A DNA stretch of 64,000 nucleotides from a bacterium (GTDB lineage Bacteria > SAR324 > NAC60-12): the NCBI GenBank assembly GCA_965205865.1, contig CBDBHR010000030.1:384001-448000 (forward strand), read 5' to 3'. Below, one piece after another: positions 33,138-42,689 of the stretch. Both the position numbers and the translations under genes were made by a program. The notes under the pieces were generated by a model, which was not told the DNA's origin, searched no databases, and was given only the letters and a program-made list of their open reading frames with translations. The first letter of the stretch is position 1. Each line of letters starts with the position of its first letter.

Positions 33138-34049
33138 ATGAGCACTAAAGAGCAAAAAACCATAACCCAAGTTCCCCGGATCACTGGACTGCTCGTCATC
33201 GAAGTCCGTAAATCCAATCCCAACGGCGATCCTGAACGCGAAAGCTCGCCGCGCCAGCGGCCGGACGGCAAAGGTGAGATCTCACCGGTGTCCGTCAAAC
33301 GCAAGCTCCGTGATCTGGTCCTGGAAAAAGAGGGTGTGGTCTGGCAGGAGATCAAGGGCAAACTAAAAATTCAGAGTGACCGGCAATTCCAAATTTTGGA
33401 AGACCGCGGCCTCAAAAGAGCGGATGTAAGCAAACAGCTTTCGGAGGACTTCGAGGGCTTCAAAGGAACCTATTGGGATGGACGATTGTTCGGTAACACT
33501 TTCTTAGAGGAGGATGGCGGTGACACGATCCGCTCCGGTGTGGCACACTTTGGTGTCGGCATTTCTGTTGCGCCAATCGAAATTGAGTTTTCGACATGGA
33601 CGAAAAAAGCGCCGGCGCAGGAAGGCAAAACACGCGGTATGGCTCCAATGGCGTTCCGCGTCGTAAAACATGGCGTTTATGCCGTACCTTTTTTTGTCAA
33701 CCCCAGTTTGGCCCACAAGACGGGATGCACGAAACTCGACATAGGTCTGATGCTCGAGCTTCTACCACTAGCATACGCGCATACCCGATCGGTTATTCGA
33801 ACAATGGTCGAGGTAATGCACGTTCACGTTTTCACCCATAATAAGCCGCTCGGTTCGCTGTCGGATTTCGCTCTGCTAGATGCGCTCACGCCCCGAAAGA
33901 AATCGGATTCGGACAAGCCGTCAAATTCGCTGGACGAGTATGAGGTTCCTACTTGGGATGCTATTAAAGACGAACCTATCCGGGCCGGAGCCAATAAAAA
34001 TATTGCGGATTGCGGCACTTACCGTGACTACACGATTGAGAACGAATAA
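33138..34049 (+). CDS. cas7: Type I-C Cas7 (Csd2)
   Basis: SNPNGDP, VSVKRKLRD and YWDGRLFG motifs. Confidence 0.92.
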   Translation: MSTKEQKTITQVPRITGLLVIEVRKSNPNGDPERESSPRQRPDGKGEISPVSVKRKLRDLVLEKEGVVWQEIKGKLKIQSDRQFQILEDRGLKRADVSKQLSEDFEGFKGTYWDGRLFGNTFLEEDGGDTIRSGVAHFGVGISVAPIEIEFSTWTKKAPAQEGKTRGMAPMAFRVVKHGVYAVPFFVNPSLAHKTGCTKLDIGLMLELLPLAYAHTRSVIRTMVEVMHVHVFTHNKPLGSLSDFALLDALTPRKKSDSDKPSNSLDEYEVPTWDAIKDEPIRAGANKNIADCGTYRDYTIENE

Positions 34050-34051
34050 AC

Positions 34052-34850
34052 ATGTCATCGCTCGCCAATCTGTCGCTTCTGGCCTATAGCGCCCGAAGAG
34101 GTGCGCCAGAAGAGAGCTACCATGAACATGTAGCCAATGTGCGCCGCCTTTCGGCCAAGTTTACCCGCGAAGCGGTAGCATACTCGTCGGCATGCTGGCG
34201 GGAATCATTTCAAACGGTGGTGGAGTTGGTAGCCACTTACCACGACCTCGGTAAGTTGGACGACATCTTCCAAGACATTCTGCGTCGTAACCGCCCCAAT
34301 AAAGAAGGATTCAATCACGTCGAAGCGGGCACCGCTCATCTCCTGAAAGGAAAGCTGGGTGGACTTCTCTTTCCGTACCGCCTTTCGTGAACGTTGCAGC
34401 TTGACCAGCCTGCTCCAGATCGCCGGACGGATCAGTCGTCACGACGAATACACCGAAGCCGAGGCGTGAGATTTTCGGCACGACGAATCTGACTCCCTAA
34501 ACCTACATCCTCACTTCAAGAGCTCGCAAAAGGTGCTTACTGATATGCTTGCCGAGTACGGCGAGTCTATCAGCCCGCAACACTGCACCGAAGCATTACG
34601 TCGAGAAGTTAATGCGGGCTTCGGAAAAACCGAAAGCATGGCTCGGCAAATCATTGCCGCTGAGAACAAGGAGGACTATCCCCAAGTTGCTCAACACTGC
34701 CGGATTATCACAGCGGAGACACACACGGCGCTTGTCTGTCAGGAATTGATTGACCGGTTTCAAACAAAAGATCCCAAACAATCTCCGATAGTCGTCCGCT
34801 TGAGTGTTGTTCCTCTGAAAATCGGGAAAAATAACTGTAAACCGGGGTAA
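34052..34850 (+). pseudogene. cas3: cas3 remnant: HD domain joined to helicase motifs V/VI; helicase core deleted
   Basis: EH...YHDLGK...NH, then frameshifted VDFSFRTAFRERCSLTSLLQIAGRISRH and stop codons. Confidence 0.85.
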
Positions 34851-35038
34851 CCACGCCGGAAAATGCCGTCTATTTGCAAAATACCAACACTTCACAGGGT
34901 GAATTATGCTGAGAACAGGTACCAACACTCAAGAGGGAGACTATCGAAAATCGAATAAAGGTTTATCGAAAATCATTTGACCGGTTCGCGCATTTGCTGG
35001 TATAATTTCATGATAATTTGCTGGTTTTTGCAACCAGC

Positions 35039-35510
35039 GTCTCCCCTTGCTTCGGTAAGGGGAGCGGATTGAAACCTTCCTTCCCGGTCTGTTGATCTCA
35101 ACGCGCTTAGTCTCCCCTTGCTTCGGTAAGGGGAGCGGATTGAAACATCACGAATTCCTGCCAGGAATTCATTTGACGTAGTCTCCCCTTGCTTCGGTAA
35201 GGGGAGCGGATTGAAACTTAAAGAGTAACTATTCAGGTGCGAAAACACTGGGCTAGAGGTCGACAGAACCTCTAAATTGCGTCAAAATACCTCGAAAGTG
35301 GATGATTTAGTTCGCTTTTTCTAAGGAAAATACCCGCAAGCCCAGGAAACTCGCACCTGAATAGTTACCTTAAAGAATATAAATAGCTTGACAGAATTGA
35401 TCGTCTCCCCTTGCTTCGGTAAGGGGAGCGGATTGAAACTTTTGATGAGAGGCGAACCGTCGTTGGCTCCGTTGTCTCCCCTTGCTTCGGTAAGGGAAGC
35501 GGATTGAAAC
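35039..35510 (+). CRISPR. Type I-C array: 5 repeats of GTCTCCCCTTGCTTCGGTAAGGGGAGCGGATTGAAAC (37 bp)
   Basis: Repeats start at 35039, 35110, 35181, 35403 and 35474; spacers 34, 34, 33 (after MITE removal) and 34 nt; AT-rich leader upstream; possible degenerate repeat at ~35547-35578. Confidence 0.97.
35225..35368. mobile_element. 144-bp MITE inserted in CRISPR spacer 3
   Basis: TIR gtaactattcaggtgcga / tcgcacctgaatagttac; 8-bp TSD CTTAAAGA. Confidence 0.9.
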
Positions 35511-35596
35511 GTGTTCTTTCGGTGGATTGTCTTTTGTGTTGAAAGGGTCGGCTTTGGTCCTTTAAGGAGGATTGCAACCTCCGGAGGAGACCGCTC

Positions 35597-35697
35597 ATGG
35601 CAAAAACGAAAGCCCCGATTCATAACAATTTCTTTCTGCGGCAGTTCAGTAATCTTCAGACCGCGCGCTCCTTTTTTGAAGAATATCTTCCTGCTTG
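35597..35697 (+). pseudogene. Rpn/YhgA-like nuclease, N-terminal fragment
   Basis: RBS GGAGGA; MAKTKAPIHNNFFLRQFSNLQTARSFFEEYLP, truncated at the repeat array. Confidence 0.6.
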
Positions 35698-36259
35698 GTG
35701 ACTACCCCTGGATTCCTGCCTGCGCAGGAATGACAACAAAGGCGTAAAACTGAAAACTATTGATATTACTACTTATAATCAATTTCTTAAAATAATCCGG
35801 GCACCTTTCATTTTCCAGTTTACAGTTCCTCTGTCATCCTCGCGAAGGCGGGGATCCATCTTCGTGACTACCCCTGGATTCCTGCCCGCGCAGGAATGAC
35901 AACAAAGGCGTAAAACTGTAAACTATTGATATTACTACTTATAATCAATTTCTTAAAATAATCCGGGCACCTTTCATTTTCCAGTTTACAGTTCCTCTGT
36001 CATCCTCGCGAAGGCGGGGATCCATATTTGTGACTACCCCTGGATTCCTGCCCGCGCAGGAATGACAACAAAGGCGTAAAACTGTAAACTATTGATATTA
36101 CTACTTATAATCAATTTCTTAAAATAATCCGGGCACCTTTCATTTTCCAGTTTACAGTTCCTCTGTCATCCTCGCGAAGGCGGGGATCCATCTTCGTGAC
36201 TACCCCTGGATTCCTGCCTGCGCAGGAATGACAACAAAGGCGGCAAACTGTAAACTACT
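35698..36259. repeat. Tandem 166-bp repeat (x3.4) containing inverted GTCAT-tagged REP hairpins
   Basis: Units start at 35698, 35864, 36030 and 36196. Confidence 0.95.
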
Positions 36260-36609
36260 TTTTTCTATTTTTGAAGGCTCCCATAATTCGTATATTTATT
36301 AAAAATAAATGCCGACTTCTATATCTCAATACAAGATAAAGTTAATCATTAAACTTTATAAGTATGAGTTAATGAGTCGCCGTATAAAAAAAAGTCGACA
36401 AACATTCCCTGAGCGAGTAAACATTTTTTCCAACTTCCAAGGATGGTTTCAAACACGCCCGGAAGAAAAGTGGCGAAACATTCGATAGACTGCCCATGCC
36501 CCCAAGAAACCTGCCAGAAAATCAAAAAAATCCCTCCTGAATTCCCCTTGACACACCCATTTTCAAATGGTAAGGTCTTCTGTAAATTTTTATTTTTCCT
36601 ACTATATGG

Positions 36610-37467
36610 ATGGATATGATAACGTCATTATTTGCGATCAAGGTCGTTGCCGCTTTGGCGATTCTCGTTATGGGTATCGTCGGAGGTATCATCCCACTCC
36701 TGGTTGCCCGTCACGACACAAGCCGCCGCTTTATGTCGATGGGCAATGCCCTGGCAGGCGGTATCTTTCTCGGCGCCGGGTTCATTCACCTGCTGCCCGA
36801 AGCCGGCGAAGCGCTCGAGGAGTTGATCGACTACCCCCTGGCGCCGTTGTTGGTGGCAGTCGGCGTGCTTGTGCTGCTGCTTATCGACCGTGTTCTGTTA
36901 GAAACCAACCGTACACTCGATCCGGGGCAGGGCGAGAAGACTCACCAGCCCATCTACCCTTTAATTCTGTTTGTGGTACTGTCTATCCACTCCATTATCG
37001 CCGGCATCGCCCTTGGGCTCGAGGCTGAAGTGGCCGCTTCCTTGCTGGTCATGCTGGCCATCCTGTTCCACAAGGGATCGGCTGCTTTTGCCCTGATAGT
37101 CAGCGTGCATGTCTCAGGCGCTGACAGGAAACGCTTATGGACAGTCTTGACAATCTTTGTCTTGATGACGCCGTTGGGGATCGTGTTCGGTATGGTCGCC
37201 TCCGGCTTTTTTGAAGGGCGAGCCGCGTTGTTGATCGAAGGGAGTTTCAACGCGCTGGCTGCAGGGACCTTTATTTACATAGCCATCCTGGATATCATCA
37301 ATGTAGAGATGTCCAGGGTCGATGACCGCATTGCGCATTTCGTGCGCCGTTCATTACTCGGGGACGATGAGGTGGCAATGCCTTCGCATGATACGGATCG
37401 CATATTCAAGTTCGCGCTGGTATTCGTTGGCCTGAGCAGTATGGCAGCGATTGGGATCTGGGTATAA
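36610..37467 (+). CDS. ZIP-family metal transporter
   Basis: AGGIFLGAGFIHLLPEA, HSIIAG and HKG motifs. Confidence 0.9.
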   Translation: MDMITSLFAIKVVAALAILVMGIVGGIIPLLVARHDTSRRFMSMGNALAGGIFLGAGFIHLLPEAGEALEELIDYPLAPLLVAVGVLVLLLIDRVLLETNRTLDPGQGEKTHQPIYPLILFVVLSIHSIIAGIALGLEAEVAASLLVMLAILFHKGSAAFALIVSVHVSGADRKRLWTVLTIFVLMTPLGIVFGMVASGFFEGRAALLIEGSFNALAAGTFIYIAILDIINVEMSRVDDRIAHFVRRSLLGDDEVAMPSHDTDRIFKFALVFVGLSSMAAIGIWV

Positions 37468-37491
37468 GAGTATCATTCCGCCGGTGACACT

Positions 37492-38487
37492 ATGAGTTCC
37501 AATCACGACAAACATAAAGGTGCTAGTCACAGCCACCAGGGTCACCATGGTCCGGGCAAACATGATCATTCCCACGAGTTGCGCCATGCCGGCAAGCGCA
37601 GCCTGATCGCTGCCTTTATTTTGATCGCCGTTTTTATGTTCGTAGAGGTTATCGGCGGCGTTTTGTCCGGCAGTCTGGCGCTGCTCGCCGATGCGGGACA
37701 CATGCTTACCGACGCGGCATCCATTGCACTGGCCCTGGTCGCTATGCTGTTCGCCGTGCGGCCTTTCTCCGTGCAACGCACCTTTGGTTATCATCGGCTT
37801 GAGATCCTGGCAGCCTTACTGAATGCACTGGCCCTCTGGCTGATCGCGGCCTGGGTGATAGTCGAGGCTTATGACCGCTTCACATCCGTACCCGAGGTAA
37901 AAGGCGGGCTGATGCTGAGCATAGGTATCATCGGTCTTGGCGTCAATATCGCCGCGGCCTGGATCCTCCATGGTTCCTCCAAACATAACCTCAACGTTGA
38001 GGGTGCCTTTATGCATGTTATCGCGGACCTGCTGGGGTCGGTGGGCGTCGTTGTATCAGGTACTCTTATCCTGGTTTTTGGCTGGACGCTTGCTGACCCC
38101 ATTGCCAGTGCGATCATTGCCCTTCTCATACTTATCAGCAGTTGGCGCCTGCTGGCAAAGGTCGTTCACGTGTTACTCGAGGGTACGCCCGAACATATTG
38201 ACGTGTATGATCTTTGCAGCGAATTGGAAGCGGTGGAAGGCGTCACCCTCGTCCATGACATCCACGTCTGGACACTCTCTCCAGGCAACGAGGCGCTCAC
38301 CGCGCACGTCCTCATCGATCCGGACTACCCGGGTGACATGGAAGACCTGCGTTTGCGCCTGCGGGAGATTGTTTCCCATGATTTCGGTATAGGCCATATT
38401 ACCCTTCAGGTGGAAAAGTCACTGGAGGGATGCACTGAAGATCACCATTTTGATCACCTGGTGGCCCATGTGCGCTCGACCGACTGA
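37492..38487 (+). CDS. Cation diffusion facilitator (CzcD/ZitB-like)
   Basis: His-rich N-terminus; SLALLADAGHMLTD, HVIAD and HDIHVW motifs. Confidence 0.95.
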   Translation: MSSNHDKHKGASHSHQGHHGPGKHDHSHELRHAGKRSLIAAFILIAVFMFVEVIGGVLSGSLALLADAGHMLTDAASIALALVAMLFAVRPFSVQRTFGYHRLEILAALLNALALWLIAAWVIVEAYDRFTSVPEVKGGLMLSIGIIGLGVNIAAAWILHGSSKHNLNVEGAFMHVIADLLGSVGVVVSGTLILVFGWTLADPIASAIIALLILISSWRLLAKVVHVLLEGTPEHIDVYDLCSELEAVEGVTLVHDIHVWTLSPGNEALTAHVLIDPDYPGDMEDLRLRLREIVSHDFGIGHITLQVEKSLEGCTEDHHFDHLVAHVRSTD

Positions 38488-38686
38488 ATTCGTGCTATTT
38501 GTGCTTATGAGAAGATAAATCCGACTATCTCTCCGGTCGACTGACGAGGAATTGGGGTCAGGCCTGCGACTTTGGGAGTTTAAGTTTAAATTTCCGTTTG
38601 ATCTCTTCGACACGGTTTTGCAGATCAGGAGACTTTCTGATTTTTTGTCTCAGCTGATGGATTCTGGCACTGATCGTCGAATCATC

Positions 38687-39517
38687 TCAATTGAGCTTGT
38701 TTGCCAGCTCTCTGATTGTCGCGGACTTCAAGTTGAAAGCGATCATTCCAACCACGGCCAGCGCTTCACTGAACTTGCGGGACTGCCCCGCATTTTTTAA
38801 TTGTTCCTCCTCAATCCGATAAACCTCCGAAACCCGCTGAATAATCTTTTCTAAAGAAGGAGGCGCGTGAGGCTTCGTTTTCAGTTGCTCGAAAACAGAA
38901 CTCAGGAAATGATCTTCTCCGATTACTTCGGGATGAGTTGACCCTTTTTTAAAATTCACTTCGGAGGCGATTCCCCTTCTTTCATGAATATAAGTCGCAT
39001 AGAATTTCCTCGCCTCAGAACGATCTGAGGAAAAGAGAGACAATCCCAAGTCACAATGCAACCAATCCGGCTGCTTTCCCCCCAAATAAGCGGCATGGCT
39101 ACTCCAGGGAAATTCCGCCAATTCCTTGACGATTCCCGCTCGGGTCGGATTGAGGTGGATGTAACGTATTAAGGCAAGCAAATAGCGGTCTTGATCCACT
39201 AACAGAGCTTTGTAACGCCCTTGGAATAAGTGTCCGACTCGTTTTTGCCGTTTGTTGATCCAACGGGTGTAACGAAATGATACATTTTGCATAATCGGCG
39301 AAAGTGGCTGACTGCCGGTTTGGATGGCTAGATGCGCATGATTGTTCATCAAACAAAAGGCATGAATGCGATGATCAAAACGCGCATGACCCTCTGCAAG
39401 CAACTTGTAAAAATGATGATAATCCGTATGCTCGAAAAATAGGGCTTGTCCGCCATTGCCACGGAGCATGACATGATAAAGGGCGCCGGGGAAGTAAAGA
39501 CGAGGTTTGCGGGACAT
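38687..39517 (-). CDS. Y1 (HUH) tyrosine transposase with a DnaA-C-like HTH, shortened by a CGA>TGA change
   Basis: YHVMLRGN, LMNNHAHL (HUH), YIHLNP (catalytic Tyr), WSS; the copy at 47123 reads through to KREI*. Confidence 0.92.
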   Translation of the reverse strand: MSRKPRLYFPGALYHVMLRGNGGQALFFEHTDYHHFYKLLAEGHARFDHRIHAFCLMNNHAHLAIQTGSQPLSPIMQNVSFRYTRWINKRQKRVGHLFQGRYKALLVDQDRYLLALIRYIHLNPTRAGIVKELAEFPWSSHAAYLGGKQPDWLHCDLGLSLFSSDRSEARKFYATYIHERRGIASEVNFKKGSTHPEVIGEDHFLSSVFEQLKTKPHAPPSLEKIIQRVSEVYRIEEEQLKNAGQSRKFSEALAVVGMIAFNLKSATIRELANKLN

Positions 39518-39583
39518 TGGCAAAATCGGCTGAAGGGAGAAACTTAAAATTAAAAATCATAACTCCTGTTTCCCAAACTCGCA

Positions 39584-41540
39584 GTCACCGTAAAGAACTG
39601 ACTTATAGTGGTTTCCAGCCACCTTTCGTCATTCCTCCGGTACAGATCCGGACGTGCGCTGCTAACGCATCCGGCTCCTGCTTCGAGTCAGACGCTCAAA
39701 CGTTGATTCGGATACGGGTGGGTTGTCCTTACAGAAGGAATGTGTAGTTTGACCAGTACTTTGAAGCGTTCCCAGTTCATCCTCTTTGCTTTGTGACTCC
39801 TCCGTCTTAGTGATTTGAACCACGTCCGATGGATTTCCGTGCGAAAAGCATTCAAGGAACTCCGGTTGCCGGGGACTCCATAGTAGTTGTACAGACCGTT
39901 TAAAACAGACCTGAGCCATTTTCCTTGTTCATGCGCATTTTCATGACGTTTGCGTTTCGCTTCAAGTTTGATCTCTTTGAGCTTCTTTCGCAACCTTTTG
40001 GAAATGGTGAGACGGGTGAGCTTGAATTTTCCATCCTTTATCCGAGTGTCACAGACATGAGTGAATCCTGAAAAGTCGAAACTTTCCGGTTTTCCCAGAC
40101 CTTGTTTTTCCCGGTTATCGGCGGCAAATCGCCCGAACTCGATGAGGCGTGTTTTCTCTTCATGTAAAGTCAGTCCAAATTGAGAGAGGCGTTCTCTTAG
40201 TTGGCGATTAAATTTCTGGCCATCTTCAGAATATTGAAAACCCACGACGAAATCATCCGCATAGCGAATGATGTAAACTTCCCCCCGAGCTTCCCGCCTT
40301 CTCCATTGATTGACCCATAGATCTAAAACATAGTGCAGGTAGATATTTGAATAGATTGGAGAAACTACCGAACCTTGTGGTGTTCCGACCACCGTTTCAG
40401 ACCACTTCCCCTCTTCGATGACTCCGGCGCGCAACGTTTTCTCTACTAAACGCAGAATCCTTTTGTCGGAGATTCGATGCTCGATAAATTTCAGCATCCA
40501 ATCATGCTGAATTGTGTCGAAAAATCCTTGAATATCCGCATCTAAGATGTAGCTCACTTTCCGTTGGGTAATGGCCACATACAAAGCGTCTAAGGCTTGA
40601 TGTTGGCTTCGTCCGGGTCGGAACCCGTAACTAAACCCAAGGAAATCCTCCTCATAGATCGATTCCAACGTCCAAACAAGGGCTTGTTGTACGATCTTGT
40701 CTTCAAGTGCGGCTATTCCGATTGGCCTTTGACGGCCATCCGGTTTAGGAACCCACACTCGCAGAGAAGGGTGAGGACGATAACGTTCTTGGTGGATCCT
40801 CCCGTGCAGATCGTTAATCCGCTCCAGGAGATTTATGCCATACTCATTCCAGGTCTCCTCGTCCACTCCCGCCGCTGAGTTGCGATTGAGATCAAAGTAA
40901 GCTCTCCGCAGTAAGTCAGGGTTGATGTGATGAAAGAGATTGTTGAATTGAAGATGGGGGTTCCTCTTCGCCCTTTGGCGCACCCTGCTTAAACCGCTCT
41001 CTGATTTTACCGGCCTCTGAGTTCCGAACACAGGAGGGCAAGCAGAATTCCTCTCAGCCAAGTCCCTTTGCTCCACAGGCTCCGTTGATTTCCTTTGCAT
41101 TGTTACTCTCTACAAATGATCTCATTGTTCGCCGCTTCATCGCTACTACGAACTTGTCCGACTTCCTGAAGACGTAGATATCGGGGTTATTTATTAATTT
41201 TCCCGATCCGACTACCAATAGAATGTTGACAGTCGTCTTCAGGATCTCCCAGGTTCCGATCAAGAAACTTCCACACATGCACCGGGTCTTTGACTCCGCC
41301 AGGCTCAGCCGAGACTCACGCTAACGCCTTCGGTTGATATTGCCTTCCCCACCAGACCACAAGGTCAGCGCCTGAAACTATGATTTCGGAGCTCAATACC
41401 GAGCCTATGTTCTCCCCTGTCAACGCTTAGCGCCTATCCTTGCGAATAACCACTCATGACTCGGGGACTCGGCGGGTCGTTACTGCCTTACCGAGTAAGA
41501 GACTTTCACTCTCTATTTCTTGCCAGCTTTCCTGGCGCAC
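39584..41540 (-). mobile_element. Full-length group II intron (class E-like by inference)
   Basis: 5' GTGCGCCAGG; DV GAGCCGGATGCG...CGCACGTCCGGATC; 3' ...GGTGAC; RT ORF in DIV. Confidence 0.95.
39688..41100 (-). CDS. ltrA: Group II intron reverse transcriptase/maturase without an endonuclease domain
   Basis: AAGVD, RPIGI, GFRPGR, GTPQG and YADD motifs; X domain; 470 aa. Confidence 0.95.
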   Translation of the reverse strand: MQRKSTEPVEQRDLAERNSACPPVFGTQRPVKSESGLSRVRQRAKRNPHLQFNNLFHHINPDLLRRAYFDLNRNSAAGVDEETWNEYGINLLERINDLHGRIHQERYRPHPSLRVWVPKPDGRQRPIGIAALEDKIVQQALVWTLESIYEEDFLGFSYGFRPGRSQHQALDALYVAITQRKVSYILDADIQGFFDTIQHDWMLKFIEHRISDKRILRLVEKTLRAGVIEEGKWSETVVGTPQGSVVSPIYSNIYLHYVLDLWVNQWRRREARGEVYIIRYADDFVVGFQYSEDGQKFNRQLRERLSQFGLTLHEEKTRLIEFGRFAADNREKQGLGKPESFDFSGFTHVCDTRIKDGKFKLTRLTISKRLRKKLKEIKLEAKRKRHENAHEQGKWLRSVLNGLYNYYGVPGNRSSLNAFRTEIHRTWFKSLRRRSHKAKRMNWERFKVLVKLHIPSVRTTHPYPNQRLSV

Positions 41541-41654
41541 AGCCTGACCCCGTACCGTACTCTGGGAGAGGACTTGACATCCTCCGGGGGATACGATAGA
41601 GATGGAGTGCTTTCTTTAGAAGAATTTTTAAAACAGTCTGATAAGGAGGACCGG

Positions 41655-42689
41655 ATGGCAAATGTAAGCATGGAAAAAGAGGAATTGATCGATGGCATGC
41701 CTCGGGATAAGCGGGGATACTGGCACCCTGAAGGAGGGACAGGTGCCCCCAGTCCTTTGTTTGCCTGGCCACCCAAGCCCCTCGCGGCTTTCAAATACCT
41801 GTTTGGCTTCCCGGGTTACCTGTTTCCGTGGAATATGATCTATTTTAGCATCGCCACGGTCACATGGCTCTACTTCCAGCCGGCCTTGTCCCGCTGTGTC
41901 ACATTCCAACTTGACTGGATCCTGGAGATGTTTGTCCGCAACCTCGTGCTGCTGGTCCTCATTTATAGTGCCTGGCACTACTGGCTCTGGTCGCGTAAGT
42001 CCCAAGGGCTCCAGTACAAATACAACGCCGAGTGGCTGGCAACGGGAAAGCGGAAGTTCCTCTGGGGGGACCAACTGCGCGACAACATCTTCTGGTGTTG
42101 TGTCAGTGCGGTTCCGATCTGGACGGCGTATGAAGTGCTGATGATGTGGGCCTACGCCAACGAGCTGCTGCCCTACATCGATCCGCGAGAACAGCCGGTC
42201 TACTTTATCGTGCTGCTGGTCTGTATGCCAATGATTCGAATCTTCCACTTATACTGGGTCCATCGTCTCTTGCACTGGCCTCCGCTCTTCAAGCGAGTGC
42301 ACTACCTCCATCATAAAAACATCAATGTCGGGCCCTGGTCCGGTGTGGCCATGCATCCGATTGAGCACCTGGTTGTCTTCAGCAGTGTTCTGATTCACTG
42401 GATCGTGCCCTCGCATCCCATCCACATGCTGATGAACGCCCAACACAACGCGCTCCCGCCGGCTCAGGGGCATTCCGGGTTCCAGCAGCTGGTTATCAAG
42501 GGAAACCTCCGGGTCCCCGGTGCCAGCAGCTATTTCCATCATCTGCATCACCGCTTCTTCGAGTGCAACTACGGGGAACCCATGATGCCGTTGGATCATT
42601 GGTTCGGGACCTATCACGATGGCTCTCCCGAGGCCCACGAAGCGATCCTGAAGCAGCAAGCCCAGAAAAACATGAGGTTCAGTGCCTAG
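41655..42689 (+). CDS. Sterol desaturase / fatty-acid hydroxylase family protein
   Basis: His boxes YWVHRLLH, HYLHH and HHLHH; RBS AGGAGG before ATG 41655. Confidence 0.9.
   Translation: MANVSMEKEELIDGMPRDKRGYWHPEGGTGAPSPLFAWPPKPLAAFKYLFGFPGYLFPWNMIYFSIATVTWLYFQPALSRCVTFQLDWILEMFVRNLVLLVLIYSAWHYWLWSRKSQGLQYKYNAEWLATGKRKFLWGDQLRDNIFWCCVSAVPIWTAYEVLMMWAYANELLPYIDPREQPVYFIVLLVCMPMIRIFHLYWVHRLLHWPPLFKRVHYLHHKNINVGPWSGVAMHPIEHLVVFSSVLIHWIVPSHPIHMLMNAQHNALPPAQGHSGFQQLVIKGNLRVPGASSYFHHLHHRFFECNYGEPMMPLDHWFGTYHDGSPEAHEAILKQQAQKNMRFSA

Larger units (their letters stand above)
38554..41551 (-). mobile_element. TIR element C: Y1/HUH transposase with a group II intron in its upstream TIR
   Basis: TIRs ggggtcaggcctgcgactttggga and ggggtcaggct|tgcgagtttggga; no TSD. 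Confidence 0.9.

Noticed and set aside
35076-35473. Self-targeting spacers
   Set aside because: I saw no match within this window by eye; a genome-wide search is needed.
30328-35510. CRISPR-associated transposon
   Set aside because: No tnsA/B/C or tniQ is present, a cas3 remnant exists, and nothing links it to the Y1 element beyond proximity.
35698-36259. Second CRISPR array
   Set aside because: The intervening sequences are identical rather than unique spacers; it is a tandem repeat.
39688-41100. RT as part of a DGR, retron or CRISPR-associated RT
   Set aside because: It has a maturase domain, DV/DVI and GUGCG...AC ends; no TR/VR pair, msr-msd or Cas1 fusion is seen.
41300-41305. AGCCUG (minus strand) as an alternative EBS1, perfectly complementary to CAGGCU
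   Set aside because: It appears to lie in a structural stem region rather than the loop between GCUGAC and GAAGGC. Not excluded without folding.
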